Part shown: positions 22,791 to 37,300 of the stretch, in pieces | Layout: each line of letters begins with the position of its first letter | How positions within the stretch are numbered: position 1 is the first letter of the stretch | Origin: Glaucostegus cemiculus | Taxonomy: Eukaryota | DNA: 64,000 nt | Assembly: GCA_976551045.1 (NCBI GenBank) | Contig: CDPCPM010000029.1 | Span: forward strand, 6,944,001 to 7,008,000 | Direction: 5' to 3' | Made by a program: the position numbers and the translations under genes | The notes under the pieces: generated by a model | What the model saw: only the letters and a program-made list of their open reading frames with translations | Database searches by the model: none | What the model was told of the DNA's origin: nothing

Positions 22791-23849
22791 CATCTTAAGG
22801 CCAAATGTGAAATGAAAGTGTCCAACTATTCATTCAAGAAGAAAATAAAAAGATAGTTAGTATTTTTGAATAATATATCAGGGTCAGTAAAAGCTCAAAG
22901 TGCTGTCTGAGTTTCGGCTGCAGTACTCAGGACTGGTGGGTGTAGCTGGTGGTGTTAATAGAAGCTGTAAAATTGGTAATATGATGTTACACCATGCAGG
23001 CCCTCACTCTACGCCCCTGTGGCTGACTACTTGTTACACACTGTTAAGCATGGGCTCCAGGCTCTGGATAAGATGCTGGGCCAAGTTGATGCCAGACTCC
23101 TCCATCCTCCAAGGTGAAGAGTACAGGCTTTCTGACTGTGTTCCAGAGCACCAAGAATTTCATTGGGTGAAGTCATCAGTGTCTTCTATAGCCTGCCTTC
23201 TCAAAAGTATAATTTGAGTCCTTTGCAGCAGAACAAGCATGAGATCACTCCCACTGATGAGATGGTTCCTGCATGAGGATGAGACAGTTCCTGCATGATT
23301 GTATGCCCAAATCTTTTTTACTTGTAGAGTGTGAGACTTTCAGCTGACAACTTCAAAAGTAAAATCAAGTGATTACCATCTTCATCTGCGTGACATGGTA
23401 AATTCCTGTTGCTAGGTTCATCAAAATAAGGAAGGGGGAGGCAATTACATGCATGCAGCTTCCATGGGCTCACATTCTGAAGAGATTAAGGAATGAAGCC
23501 AAAAAGGAAGGAAACAGAATGGTTTGGCATGAGCACATCCCTATCAATCAAGGGTTCATCATTGCCTAATAGGAGAGGGCAGCCTCAGTGCTGTGCTTCC
23601 CATCAAGGCTAGCACGGTAAAATGAGAAGCAAGAAAAGCCATTTGGTTCCCAAGCCTGCCCTATCATTCATTATGACCTGATTTTGGTCTCAGGTCCACT
23701 TTGTTGCTAGAGCAAAAAAAAATCTGTCTTTGGCTTTGAATATATTCAATGATTCTGACTCTACAGTAAAAAATATCTAAGATTCATTACCCTCTGAAAG
23801 AATAAATTCTTCCTAGCTCATCTTAAATGGACAATTTCTTTTTCTGAAT

Positions 23850-25829
23850 GAAAAACACGATGGTGCTGGAGGAACTCGGCAGGCTGGGTAGCATCCGTGG
23901 AGAAAAGTAAGCTGTCTGCGTTTTGGATCAGAACCCTTTCTCAGGCCTGAAAATAGGAAAAGGGGAAGCCCAATATATAGTGGGGGGGGGAAGCAGAGCA
24001 GTGATATGTGGACAGAAGAGGGGAGGCGGGTGGGCACAAGGTGGTGATTGGTAGATGCAGGTAAGAGATAGTGATAGGGAGGTGCAGGGAGAGGAGGAGA
24101 GAGCAGATCCAACAGGGGATGGGTTAAAGGTAAGAAGAGTGAGGAAAAAAGGTAGAAAAAAAGAGTCTAGGAAAGGGAAGAAGAGAAGCAGCATGGTGGA
24201 GGGTGGGGGTTGTGGGGAAGAGGGGTGGGGATTACCTAAAGTGGGAGAATTCATTATTCATGCCATTAGGCTGCAAGGTTCCAAGATGGAAAATGAGGGG
24301 CTGTTCATCCAGTTTGCACCAGGAATTCTCTTGGCAACAGAGGAGGCCGAGGACTGTCATATTTCTGATAGTGGGGGAGGGGGAGTTGAAATGACTGGCA
24401 ACGGGGAGATGCAGATTGTGGTTATAGACAGAGTACAGGTGTTCTGTGAAATGGTCATCTAGTTCACGTTTGGTCTCACCAATGTAGAGGAGGCCACACT
24501 TGGAGCACCAAATGCAGTAGATGATATTAAGGAGCTGCAGGTAAATCTCTGTCTCGCCTGAAAGGACTGTTTAGGTCCCTGGATGGAGGTGATAGAGGGG
24601 CAGGTATTGCACCTGTGGTGAGGGTGGTGGAAAGTTCCCGGGGTGGGAGCAGGATGGGTGGGGGGTGGGTGGTGGTGAAGGAGTGAACTAGGGAGTCAGG
24701 GAGAGAGCGGTCCCTGTGAAAGACAAAGGGGTGGGGAATGGAAGGTATGCTTGGTGGTGGGATACTGTTGGAGATGGCAGAAACGGCAGAGAATGATATG
24801 TTGGATACGCAGGCTGGTGGGATGAAATGTGAGGACAAGGGGGAGCTCTATCCCTGTCGGATCTGGGGGTGACAGTGGAGGTGCAGGAAATGACAGGGAT
24901 ACGGGTGTGAGCTCTCTCGATCGCAGTCGGGGGAAGTCCCGGTTAGAAAAGAAGTTGGACATCTCGGACATCCTGGAGTGTCCGATCTCTCTGCGACTCC
25001 CTAGTTCACTCCACCCCCCCCCCACCCATCCCACCCCGGGAAATTTCCACTATTCCTGCCACTGCCCCTACACAACCTCTATCCAGGGACCCAAACAGTC
25101 CTTTCAGGTGAGACAGATGTTTACCTGCACCTCCCTTACTATCATCTACTGCATTCAGTGCTCCAAATGTGGCCTCCTCGACATTGGTGAGACTAAACGC
25201 AGACTAGGTGACCATTTCACAGAACACCTGCACTCTGTCTGTAACTGCAACCTGCATCTCCCTGTTGCTAGTCACTTCAACTCCCCCTCCCACACTATGA
25301 CTGTCCTCAGCCTTGTCCAATGCCAGGAGAATTCTAAGCGCAAACTGGAAGAACAGCACCTCATTTTCCATCTCAAAACTTTGCAGCCTATTGGCATGAA
25401 TATTGAATTCTCCCACTTTAGGTAATCCCCAACCCCTTTTCCCACAACCTCCTCCACCAACCATACTTCTTCTGTTCTTAGTCTCTTTTTATTAACTACA
25501 TTTTTCCCTTTCACTTCTTACCTTTAACCCATCCCAGGTGGATCTGCTCTCCCCTCCTCCCCCACACCTGCCTATCATTATCTCTTACCTGCGTCTACCT
25601 CTCACCACCTTGTGCCCACCCCACCTCTTCTCTTTTGTCCAACTATCACTGGTCTGATTTTCCCTCCAATATATTGGGCTTCCCCTTTTCCTATCTTCAG
25701 TCCTGAAGAAGGGTCCTGACCCAAAACGTTGACCACCTGCTTTTCTCCACAGATGCTGCCTGGCCTGCTGAGTTCCTCCAGCATCATAGTGTTTGTTCAT
25801 CTAGATTCCAGCATCTGCAGTCTTTTGTT
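23850..25829. mobile_element. Penelope-like element in inverted arrangement: minus arm ~23850-24980, plus arm ~24981-25829
   Basis: GIY-YIG-like IIYCIQCSKCGLLDIGETKRRLGDHFTEH...PVASHFNSPSH...QPIGMNIEF on plus with a mirror copy on minus; TSD tttctt(t/c)ttctgaat at 23835-23849 and 25830-25844. Confidence 0.9.
25700..25733 (+). ncRNA. Degenerate minimal type I hammerhead ribozyme in Penelope pLTR
   Basis: GTC-CTGAAGA-A-GGGTC ct GACCC-(A)AAAC-GTT-GAC; the G of GAAA is replaced by A. Confidence 0.6.
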
Positions 25830-26184
25830 TTTCTTCTTCTGAATCTATTCTCCCAATTCCAGGTTTTCCCCTTGTCCCAAGGGAAACACCATCTCAGCAT
25901 CTGTTTCGTCAAGCCCTTTCAAAAACTTGTATTTTTCAATTTGTTCACCTCTCGTTCTTCTAAACCCTAATCATCATAGGCCCAACCTGTTCAATCTTTC
26001 CTCAAGTCCCAAATAGTTCATCACAGGAATCTAGCAAATGAACCTGCCTTTTCCAAGGAAGTTAAAATGTGTTGTCACTTTTATTGTTCTTCATCTGCTG
26101 ATTGTCATGTATCACCTTCACTGACACAATAGAGGAAACTGTTATCATGTTTGGGTGATGGAGCTATCATGCTGAGATGTGATA

Positions 26185-26475
26185 TTTATTTATTAGTCAC
26201 ATGTACTTTGAAACACAAAGTGAAATGCATCCTTTTGCATTACTGAGAATGTGCTGGGAGCAGCCTCTAAATGTCACCGCTATTCCAGCGTCAATATAGC
26301 ATACCCACAACTCCTAACTTGTACGTCTTTGGAATGTGGTAGGAAACCAGAGCACCCAGAGGAAACACACCCTGACACATAGGGAGAACATATAAACTCC
26401 TTACAGAGGGAATTTAACCCAGGCTGCTGGTGCTGTAATAGCATTACACCAACTGCTACACTATCATGCCAGCCC
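26185..26475 (-). mobile_element. V-SINE-type element
   Basis: tttattagtcacatgtac tail, ggaaaccagagcacccagaggaaac core, tRNA head on minus. Confidence 0.85.
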
Positions 26476-26695
26476 TTCATGGAAAGTGCATGTGAGTGTG
26501 TGAACCAAGAGCTGTGGGTATGAGACTTGTAACAGTATTATTGATGTGATGGTGAGGTAGAACTTGTGCATGTTAGAAGTGGCTCATAATTGATGGAGGT
26601 TATATTGACATTTACTTATGGAGGAATAACAAAATAATTAACAGATGAGGTCATTATTCCAGTTTAGAGGGAGTACCTTTGATAGCTCGTCTGAC

Positions 26696-27965
26696 ATCAG
26701 AATCAGTTTTATTGTCACAACCATATACACACACAGTATGCATAGGAGCAAGATACCATCCTCCACAGGTGCACGTCACTTTCAATATTGAACAGAAGAG
26801 ACACAGACACAGAGACACTGAAAAACATTAAAACCATGAAAATTAAATTAAATCTTGCAGCTTAAATAAATAGTTTTAAAATGAGCAAACTGGCAGCGGA
26901 CATTTAAAGTGCTGGTGCGTTTCTGAGCGCCTAGTATCCTTTAGTGTTGGCAGGAGAGATGGAGGAATGAGAGAGTTCACAGATCTGATGGCTTGTGGGA
27001 AGAAGCTATTACACAGCCTGGTCGTTCTTGCCTTGATGCATTTGAGCCTTCTTCCAGATGGCAAGAGTGTGAAGAGATGATGGGAGGGGTGAAAAGGATC
27101 TGACATTATATTTTTGGCCTTCCTAACACATCAGTCCTTGTATATGTCTGCGATGGAGGGTAGTGAGACACCTATGATCTTCTCTGCTGCCCTTACTATC
27201 CTCTGGAGGGACTTTCGTCCAGAAGCTGAGCAGCTCCCAAACCAGGCAGTGATACATTGAGTTAGGATGCTCTCAATAGCCCCTCTATAAAAGGTTTTCA
27301 TTACCGAGGGATGGGAGTTCACTTTCCTCAGTCTCCGCAGGAAGTAGGGGCGTTTCTGGGCTTTCTTAGTGAGGGCCGTGGTGTTAGTGGACCAGGTCAG
27401 ATCATCAGTGATGTGCACCCCCAGGAACTTGGTGCTGCCTACTTGTTCTACAGCAGACCTGTTGATGGTCAGCAGTGCATGCACACGGCGACCTCTCCTG
27501 AAATCCACTATCATCTTCTTGTTTTTTTCCCACATTCAAGGAGAGGTTATTGTTTCTGCACCACATGGCCAGTTGCTTCACCTCCTCCCTGTAGTCTGAC
27601 TCATTGTTGGCCGTGACAAGACCCACCACTGTCGTGTCATCAACGAACTTAACAATGTGGTTAGAGCTGGATCTGGCCACGCAGTCGTGTGTCAACAAGG
27701 TGAACAGGAGTGGGCTGAGCATACAACCCTGCGGGGAGCCAGTGCTCAGTGTGATGGTGCTCGAGGTATTTTCACCAATTTTGACTGACTGCGGCCTGCA
27801 AGTGAGAAAGTCCAGTAGCCAGTTGCAGAGAGGTGTGTTAAAGCCCAGTGCGCTCAACTTGCTGATCAACTGTTGTGGGATGATGGTATTGAATGAGGAG
27901 CTGAAGTTTATGAACGTTAGTCTGACGTACGAATCCTTCTTTTAAGTGGTATAGTGCAGAGTGCA
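26696..27965 (-). mobile_element. Rex1/Babar-clade LINE, 5'-truncated RT fragment
   Basis: ORFs [16 protein letters not shown]...[13 protein letters not shown]...[31 protein letters not shown]; ctgattctgat tail. Confidence 0.9.
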
Positions 27966-29319
27966 GTTACTGTTACTTCTTACTGTTTCCACTGAAATTC
28001 ATTGCTGTTTCTTCCCAATGCATCCTGTGAATGCATCTGGAGGTCCTTCTGCCTCCTAAGATTTTTCTTCCATTCTGCCTTTTCCATCACTGGCTCCTGC
28101 ACATATCTTCAGAAAATCTTGGTGCACATATTCTGTCCTGTTCAGCCATCCTTCAACCATCGACGACAAATAAAGGGCTGCCATCAACCACAGGAGGCCA
28201 ATCCCCTTTAGCATGGTAGTCATTTGCAATGTTGCCCTCCTACTGTTGTAGGCAACAGGGAGTAGCGTATGGAGCTTTAGCTACATGCAACAGTCATGTA
28301 AACTGTGTGTTCATCACTGCAATGAGGGTCAAAGGTTAATCACGCACAACAATCCTTATGTCTATTCTCTTGTAACATTCTTTCTTTTACATCAGTTGTT
28401 TAGATTCAGGCAAATAACAGATGCAATGGTGTATTCATGCTGACACTGTGAATATTTATTCTGTCCTACTTATTTCTTGTTACATGACCAAGCTATTTAT
28501 GTTACACTCATTTTTACCAAAAGAGTCGCCTCATTCCCACATCAAAGAATATTTCCTTTAGAAATGTGCTAGATTTCATTATCATCCACATCAAACATAA
28601 AGGCTTAGGGCAAAGGTACAAAGATTTTAACAATCAATAATAAGCATAAAATTACTCAGACAAGTGCCAAAACAATGAAAGCTAACAATATAAAAACATT
28701 ATTTGTTATAAATGAGAAATAATACACTATGCCTCACAACTATGCTTTTGATTTAATGGTCTTAGTATTTGTTGAGCATTGTTAGCAGATTCCATACAAT
28801 AGCAACAAAGGGTCCAGGTCCAAAAGCACTGTTTATGATTCTTGCATGAGTGGTTTTTAAAATAACAGGTTTTATTACAGTGGCTGTCTCAGTCTTCTTT
28901 TTAATTGTATATGACATGCCAATAACACAAACAAGTTTCCAGGCATTGACTGCGTCCAAGAACTCTTTGTGACATCAGAGCAGAAGACCTGAAGTCACCA
29001 GCTCCTGACCTCTGTGCCCCACCAGGCAGCTACATTACCTTCAACACTTTGGAATACTTTGACATTAAAAGGGTCTTTGTATTATTCTTGTACTATGATG
29101 GGCTGAAAAATGCTGGCTGTTCTGCTGTAAACTGACTGCATTTCTTCATGTAAATGCTGCCAAGTTAGGGATTCCTTGAAACCCAGAACTTGCTGCTGGC
29201 TCTTTGCTGGCAGCCTCTAAGTTGCGTTTGGATATTAAGGTCCTCGTGGAGTCCATCAGTGGAGCACAATTGTGCTGTGGTTCCTCAGCACAAATGCTGG
29301 GAAACTGCCTGACTGGGGA

Positions 29320-29357
29320 ACTGATCCTGCACCAGTTCAACCTGGTGCAGGATCAGT
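29320..29357. repeat. Perfect 16 bp hairpin
   Basis: actgatcctgcaccag-ttcaac-ctggtgcaggatcagt. Confidence 0.9.
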
Positions 29358-32300
29358 GAGTCTATTTAAGTCAGTGGTGAACAACAGTTACGAAAAAGAA
29401 AGTATTCCGTAATTAACATTCTTTAAAATTAATTCGGTTCACTTCATCTTTTTCAATGACTTGAAGGTGTTGTTAAATGTTGTCAGTGTTTAAATATGTT
29501 TTACATTTTTAATGTTATTCAACTGATTTTAACAATTTCTGAATGATTTTGAACACTCTAAAGCATTCAGAGTTCCGGATGTGTTAGCCAGGGGGTAGCT
29601 TCGCTGGCTGTCAAAATATTTTCAACAGTTTTTGTGGGTAGGGCTCATTCTGGGCCACCCACGTTATGGTACAACATTGTTCAAAGCCCAGACTCTGGAG
29701 AGCCTCACCATGTAGAGGATGGTGCTTGCCATCCAGTCATCACTGGTGAATCAGCATTGGGTAAATACACACTGAACATGTGGATCGGTAGACAGCATAG
29801 GTGGCTCACAGCTGGCTTCATCTTCTGACCCAATGTAATTTTGTGCTTACATTGTATGTAGTTTGCATGTTATTCTGAGGCCATAGTTTATTAGCTTAGA
29901 AGTTCTATCACATAGTGCAACATTTTTATCCAATGTAGTAATAGCTTTATATCTGAAATTCACATTAGATACATGTGATTGGTAATGCTGAGTATACGTT
30001 ACAGTTTGAGAAATTGCAGCACATCCTGCTGCAGTCAGGAGTTGCTTAAAAATGGAAGCTGGTGAGATTAATTGTGTGACTGATACTTCTGTCGTGGTAT
30101 CCCGGCACAACATTTAATGTGCAAACAACATGAGTCCTGAATGCAGCAGCAAGACTTAATGAGCAACTGAGGGTCTGCTTCTGGCTAAATGGCTTGTTGA
30201 TGGCACAATATCTGGTCAGCTATGAGAGACAAATTGGTACTTATCCTCATCACCCGGTGATGGCTCATCTGTCCCAGAGAGGCCCCACATGTTGAAGCCA
30301 CCACAGGAGCATGTGCAGCAAGTTCTCCACTACTCAAGTAAGTTTGGGACTAACTGTGCAATTATGGGGTTTGTGATTCCAATATAAACAATACAATACA
30401 TGGGGCATCATACACATTAGAAAATTGCTCCCCATGGCCACCCATGAAACTAGCACAGGGCTCTTGGCTGGCATTGTTTAATGTGCATTCTAGGTGTGCA
30501 GTTGAATTTCAAGGCCTTTCTTTTCAGTCTTTGCCTTGGCGTTACTTGCTTTGTCTATAGTACATTAACAATTGCTGCTCGTGCATGTGTACAGGATTAT
30601 ATTCCATTTGCCTACATTTCTTCTGGTGTTAAGTGTGCTAAAATAATTAAATCCTGGAATAGATTAATTTCTATAAATCACCTTTTAAGCTTTCTAACAA
30701 GAATATACATTGACAATAAAATCAGCAACAATGACCACTGCCTTTTTCAGGGAACAAAGCCCTAACAAGGCATGCATTTAATGGATTTCTGCTTTGAAAA
30801 TGTAAAACACATCTTACCAAGCAACATAAATTTAATAAGCTCTCAGCATTGCTTTTAAAAACATTACTTTGCACGAACACATCAAAACATTGAAGTGTCC
30901 ATTTATATTTGATAAATCTAAAAAGGAAAATGCATTTATGTGTTGAGCTTACATTTCCATGCTGAACATGCCAAAATCAATATATTTCTCTAAAGAAATG
31001 TGCAATCATAACAACCCCACTACTCCATCTCATATCTATCAATGTTTTTCCCTTTTGCTTTTGTGTTATTTTTCCTTTGTTGTACAATGTGTAATGTAAA
31101 ATCAGGCAGCTTACCATGTGGCATAACTTGTACTCCAGTCGAATCTGTGAATAGGCAAAACTGTGGCAAATGGATTTCTGTGCACACACGTGTGGAATAA
31201 TTCACTTTGGATCTGAAAAGGATGAAACAATATTTCCAAAATATGAAAGGCTACAAAGAGTAGATTTTAAAAAATGTATCCATCATGTCTGGAGATCTAC
31301 CATACAATGGGATAGACTGTGTTACAGGCTGGACAAAAACTTTGGTTAGGCCACATCAGAGCATGATGAACAATTCTTGGCACCACACCTTAAAAATAGT
31401 ACATGAGTCCTCAAGCAAACTTAATGAAGATTTGATGAAATGGGATCAGTGTGGATGGACAACAAGGTCAGCATGAACATGGAATGAAGGGTCTGTTTCT
31501 GTCTTGTACAACTCCATGACTTTATGACTAATGAGAATGATACAAAATTATTTGTTTTTAACATTAAACATTCCATACAGCAGCTGCTGTGCATTGTAAT
31601 CTGCTTCTGAAATTACAACCCGCTGCAGTGAAAAGAACCACATTTTGAAAATAGAGTGAAACACTGAGCCATTGCAGTATTATGAACTATCAATTTAGTG
31701 CATGTGATTGAGAATGAATGCCTATCTATAGGATGCCAACTATTACGTTACAAAGAGTACTCATAAGAATTTAGATTGATTGTTTGATCAAAATTTTCAA
31801 GATATTAAGGCAAACTATTGGGGTAGATGGACAGAAAGCATTGTTGGACAAGATGCATTACTTCCGCTTCTTGGTTCCAATGTTCCCAAAGAAAATCCAG
31901 TCCCTTCGTGCAAAAGAGGTCCCTTGATCTAAAAACTTACACTGTTACACATTATAAGCAATTGTACATTGATCCCTGAATAGTTGAATTAAATACCTCT
32001 AAAATGAAAATAGATTTCATGTAACGCTTTAGTGTCCATATTTTATCAACAATTTTTTCTAGGTGAACAGAAATTCTGTGCAATTTTTTAATCCTGGGAA
32101 TCCCTAAGAGATTAAAAATAAACAATTCAATTTATCACAGTTTATAACACCCAAGTCCACATGAAGTTAAATTTCAGGAAAGTATTTAAGTCTGTTACCT
32201 TGGCCGTGAATGTTAATCAATGCTCTATTCAATGGCCAGGCAAGAACCCTCAAACATACGGAAAGTATGGATCTCAATTAAACTGTTTTTGACTCAAGTT

Positions 32301-33907
32301 GAAATCACTGGTATTTAAAAAAAGTCTAGCCCATTTTGGGTTAGCTTCTCCTCCCTTTGTGCAACTGAAAACGAGCTTTATTACAAGAGTATATTTAATC
32401 ATCTCATATGGTTTTCTGTGATCCAAGGTTTTCGCATTCTACAATCAGGTCGTCAATGCAGCCTGAAATCAATGATCATGTGTTCTAGTTTTTGAAGATT
32501 CAAGGAACACAAAGTTCTGCTTTATTAGTGAGGTATTCAATAAATCCCAGGAAAGTTATTAAAAGCTGTATGGAATTAAGGCAGGGTCAAATTAATTTCT
32601 AGGCACAGTGCTGTCTTTGAAATGCATAAGCAAAAAGTGCTAATTACTTTTACTGAATATATTTTTATTTTGCATGCATCGAATGCATTAACCTGAAATT
32701 TCGATGAATTAAATTTGATATGCCTTACATACTGATTCCATTGTTCCTATAGACTAACAATTTAATTCAAACTTATGTGGGGGTGGGGGTGGGAATTAGA
32801 GCAATAAGTCTGAGTGAAAAGATAGAGGTTAAGTCAAGTGAGTCGAAGAGGAAGAACAGGCAGGGCCAAGTTAATGAACACAATGGGTCTGACAGTCTGA
32901 AGTGTATTTATTTTAATGCAAGGAGTATAACAGTTAAGGCACATAAGCTTAGAGCCTGGATCAGCACATGGAACTATGATGTTGTAGCCATTACAGAAAC
33001 TTAGCTGAGCAAAGAACAGGACTAGCAGTTCAACATTCCAGGCTTTGGATGCTTCAGACATGACAGAGAGGGCTCTAAAAGAGGTGGGAGAGTTGCATTA
33101 CTGATTAAGGAGAATGTCACAGCTGCACTTTGAGATGACATTTTGGAGGGCTCATCCAGCAAGGCCACATGGGTAGAGATCAGGTGCAAGAATGGTGCAG
33201 TCACTATGATGGGGTTATACTATTGTCCTCCCAATAGTTAACTGGAGATAGAGGAACAATATATGTAAACAGATCATGGAAAAATGTAAAAAAAAAAGTG
33301 GTTGTAGTTGGTGATATTAACTTCCCTATTATTGACTGGCACTCCCTTAGTGCCAGGGGCTTAGATGGAGCAGAATTTGTTAGGTGCATCCAGGAGGGTT
33401 TGTTGAAACCAGATGTAGATAATGCAACTGGGAATGGGTGGGGGGGTGTAACCAGACCTTGTACTAGGAAATTAAGTCATTGGGGGAAGCATTTTGGGAT
33501 CATAATTCTGTAAGTTTTAAGATAGTTCTGGATAAGATAAGGCAGCCACGTGTGTGAAAGTGCTAAATGGGGGGGGGGGGCAAGAAGGCTAATTATGTTA
33601 GTATTTGGTAGGAGCTGGGGAGCATAGATTGGGAATGGCTGCTTGAGGGTAAATCTACATCTGACATGTGGGAATCATTTCAAGGCCATCTGGTTAGAGT
33701 TCAGAACCAGCATGTCCCCATGAGGAAGAAAGACAAGGGTAGCAAGGTTTGGGAACCTTGGATGACAAGAGATTTTGTAAATTTGGTCAAAAAGGAAAAG
33801 GAAGCATATGCAAGGTTTAGGAAACTGAAATTGGACAAGGTCCTTGAGGAATATAAAGGAATCAGAAAAGAACTTAAACAAGGAATTTGGAGGGCTGAAA
33901 AGGGGTC

Positions 33908-34205
33908 ATAAGATCTTTATTAGTCACATGTACATCAAAACACAGTGAAATACATCTTTTGCATAGTGATTGAGGGGGGGTGGGGGCAGCCTGCAAGTGT
34001 TGGCATGCTTATGGTGCCAACAAAGCATGTCCATAACTTCCTAACCTGTACATCTTTGGGATGTGGGAGGAAACTGGAGCACCCAGAGTAAGCCCACACA
34101 GACACAGGGAGAACGTACAAACTCCTTACAGACAGTGGCTGGATTTGAACCTTGGTCACTGGTACTGTAAAGCATTGTGCTAACCACTATGCTACTGTGC
34201 TGTCC
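33908..34205 (-). mobile_element. V-SINE-type element inserted in CR1
   Basis: Same family as 18839-19135; flanked by tcat on both sides. Confidence 0.85.
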
Positions 34206-34395
34206 TCATGAAATGTCCTTGTCCAGTAACATTAATGAGAATCCCAAAGCATTTTATACATACTGTATATTAGGAGCAAAAGTGTAACCAGGGAAAGGTT
34301 AGTTCCACTCAGAGACAAAGAGGGAATTTGTGTGAAGCCAGAGGAAGTCAGTGAGGTCCTTAATGTATACATTGTATGAGTATTCACCAAGGAGA

Positions 34396-37300
34396 AGTCT
34401 TGCCATTAATGTTGTACTGTCTCCTTACATTTGATCTCCCAAGGTGCAACACTTCACATTTGGCTGGGTTGAACTCCATCTGCCATTTCTCCACCCACAT
34501 CAGTAACTAATCTATATCCCACAGTATCCTTTGGGAGTCTTCTACGCCATCCACAATACCACTAATCTTTGTATCATCTGCAAATTTACTAACCTACCCA
34601 TTTACATTTTCATCCAGGTCATTCATCTGCATCACAAACAGCAGAGGTTCTAGTATGGCTCCCTCAGGAACAGTACTAGTCACAGACCTCCAGCTAGAAT
34701 AAGTCCCATCGACCACTACCGTGTCTTCTATGGGCAAGCCAGTTCTGAATCCAAACAGCCAATTCACCGTGGATCCCATGCTTCTTAATCTTCTGGGTGA
34801 GCCTCCCATGAGGGACCTTGTCAAATACCTTACTAAAGTCCATGTAGACAACATCCACAGCTTTACCTTCATCAATCACCCTTGTACCTCAAAAAAATCA
34901 ATCCAAGTTAGCTAGGCATGACTTGCCCTGCAAAGCCATATTGACCTTCTCTAATTAAGCTATGGTTTTCCAAATGCTCATAAATCCTATCCCTAAGAAG
35001 GCTCTCCAGTAACTTCCCGGCCACTGACATGAGACTCACTGGTCTATAGTTAGAAGGATTATCCCTGTTTCCCTTCTTGAATAATGGAATAACATTAGCT
35101 GCTCACCAGTCCTCTGGGACCTCACCTGTGGCAACAGAGGACATGAAAGTATTGATCAAAGCCCAATAATCTCATCTCTTTCCTCCCTCAATAACCTGGG
35201 GTATATCCCATTAGGCCCTAGGGACATCCACCTTAGTGCTCGTTAAGAGAGCAAACACTACCTCCTCCTTTCTGTCAAAATGCTCTAGCATATTAACATG
35301 CTCCATATTGATATCCTTGTCCTCCACATCCTTCTCTTTGGTAAATACTGATGCAAAGTACTCATTTAGGACCTCACCCACATCCCCTGCTTCCAAGCAC
35401 ATGTTCCCTTCTTTATCCTTGAGTGGTCCTACCTGCTCACTAGTTATCCTCTTGCTCTTGATATACTGTATGCATAGAATGACTTGGATTTTCTTTAATC
35501 CTACTTTTCATGGCCCCTCCTGGCTTTCCTAATTCCCTTCTTGAGTTCCTTTCTGGCTTCTTTGTAATCTTCAAGTACTCTAGTTGATCAGCTTCCCAAG
35601 TTTTACATGATTTTCTTCTTGAAGAAATTCACCACCTCACTCAACAGCCAAGGTTCTCTTACCTTGCTATCCTTGTCCTTCCTTCTTACTGGAACACACC
35701 TGTCCTGTACTCTGCGCAGTTGGTCTTTAAACACCCTCCACACGTCAGATGTGGACTTGCCCAGAAACAGCTGTCCCCAAGTAACTCTCCCTACTTCCTG
35801 CCTAATGCTCTCATAATTTGCCCTGCTCCAATTTAATGCTTTCCTTCAAGGTCCATATTTATCCTTATCTATAGCTATCTTAAAAACTTAAGCAGTTGTG
35901 AACACTGTTCCCCCACTGAATGGTCAGTTACCTGGCCAGGCTCATTACCCAACACCAGGTCCAGTGGGGCCTCTCCTATTGTTGGACTATTTACATATTA
36001 ATTTAAGAAACCACCCTGAAGCACCTAACAAATTATGCCTCATCTAAACCTCTTGTACTAAGGAGGTCCCAGTTTATATTAGGGAAGTTGAAGTTCTCCA
36101 CTACAAACAACCCTTTTCTTTTTAAACACCTTTCCCTAATCTGCCTGCATATCTGTTCCTCATTGTCCCGATGGCTATTGGGGAGGTCTGTAGTATAATC
36201 CCATCAGAGGGATTGCACTTTTTTTTTCTGTTCTACCCATATACTCAGTGGATGAGCCTTCATTACATTTCCCCCCTGAGTGCAGGTGTGATATTGTCCC
36301 TGATTAGTAGTACAACTCTCCCCCCATCTCCCTTTCTATCTTTTCTAAAAGATAGAAACCCTGGAACATCAAGCACTCATTCCATTGCCCTCTCAACCAA
36401 GTCTGTTATGGCCACAACATCATAGTTCCATGTACTGATCCATACTCCAAGTTAATCACCCTTACCCATAATACTCCTAGCATTCAAATATACACACTGC
36501 AAACTGTCCATCCCAATATGTCTATTACTTTGCTCCTGCCTGTTTTTACTGGCCCCAGCTGCAGCTGAGTGCAATTCCTGCACATTTCATCATCAGGGAG
36601 ACTGTGAGGTTCCCTACATCCCACATCTTACAGGAGGAGCATTCCACTGCCCTAACTGCCTGCACTGAGTCAAGGATAAGGATTTATAGACAACAAAAAA
36701 AAAAGACCTTACCTGTGCCTTCTTACTGAAGGCTTTAGCTTTTTAAAGAGCTACACACTCCCCTCACCAACTTACTCAGACTCTTCTCATCAAAGCCCAT
36801 CCATCCTTTAACCTTGAATCATTCCAACAATGGTCACTCTGCTTAACCCTAGCTTCTTTTTATTGGCTGCTGCTGATTTGCTAATTAGCCAATTATTACT
36901 AACAATATGCAAGTCTGTCTCTTTAAGGGTCCCGCACACTGTAATTGAACACCAAGCACAGAGACTCACCTCTTTTGAAAACTCCTGCTTCTCATTTCAA
37001 GTCCCGGCTCCTGCTCCCACTTAACAGTGTTGATGAGCAGAGGGATCTTGTGGTCCAAGTTCATACCTCCCTGAAAGTGGCTACACAGGTTGATAGGGTG
37101 GTAAAGAAGGCATACAGCATGCTTGACTTCATTCATCGTGGCACTTAGTTCAAGAGTCAGGAAGTTATGCTGCAGCTTTATTAAACTTTAATTAGGCCAC
37201 AGCTGGAGTATTGCATTCAGTTCGGGTCGCCCCACAGTAGGAAGGATGTCGAGGCTTTGGAGAGGGTGCAGAAGAGGTTTACCAAGATGCTGCCTGGATT

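Larger units (their letters stand above)
23615..26060 (-). mobile_element. Old CR1 3' fragment split by the Penelope insertion
   Basis: CR1-type sequence at 23615-23835 resumes at 25845 (...gggaaacaccatctcagcatct...tcaagccc...ttcacctctcgttcttctaaac). Confidence 0.7.

Noticed and set aside
24829-25425. 198 aa ORF as a functional endonuclease gene
   Set aside because: The N-terminal part is antisense of the opposite arm across the inversion junction and YIG is mutated to DIG.
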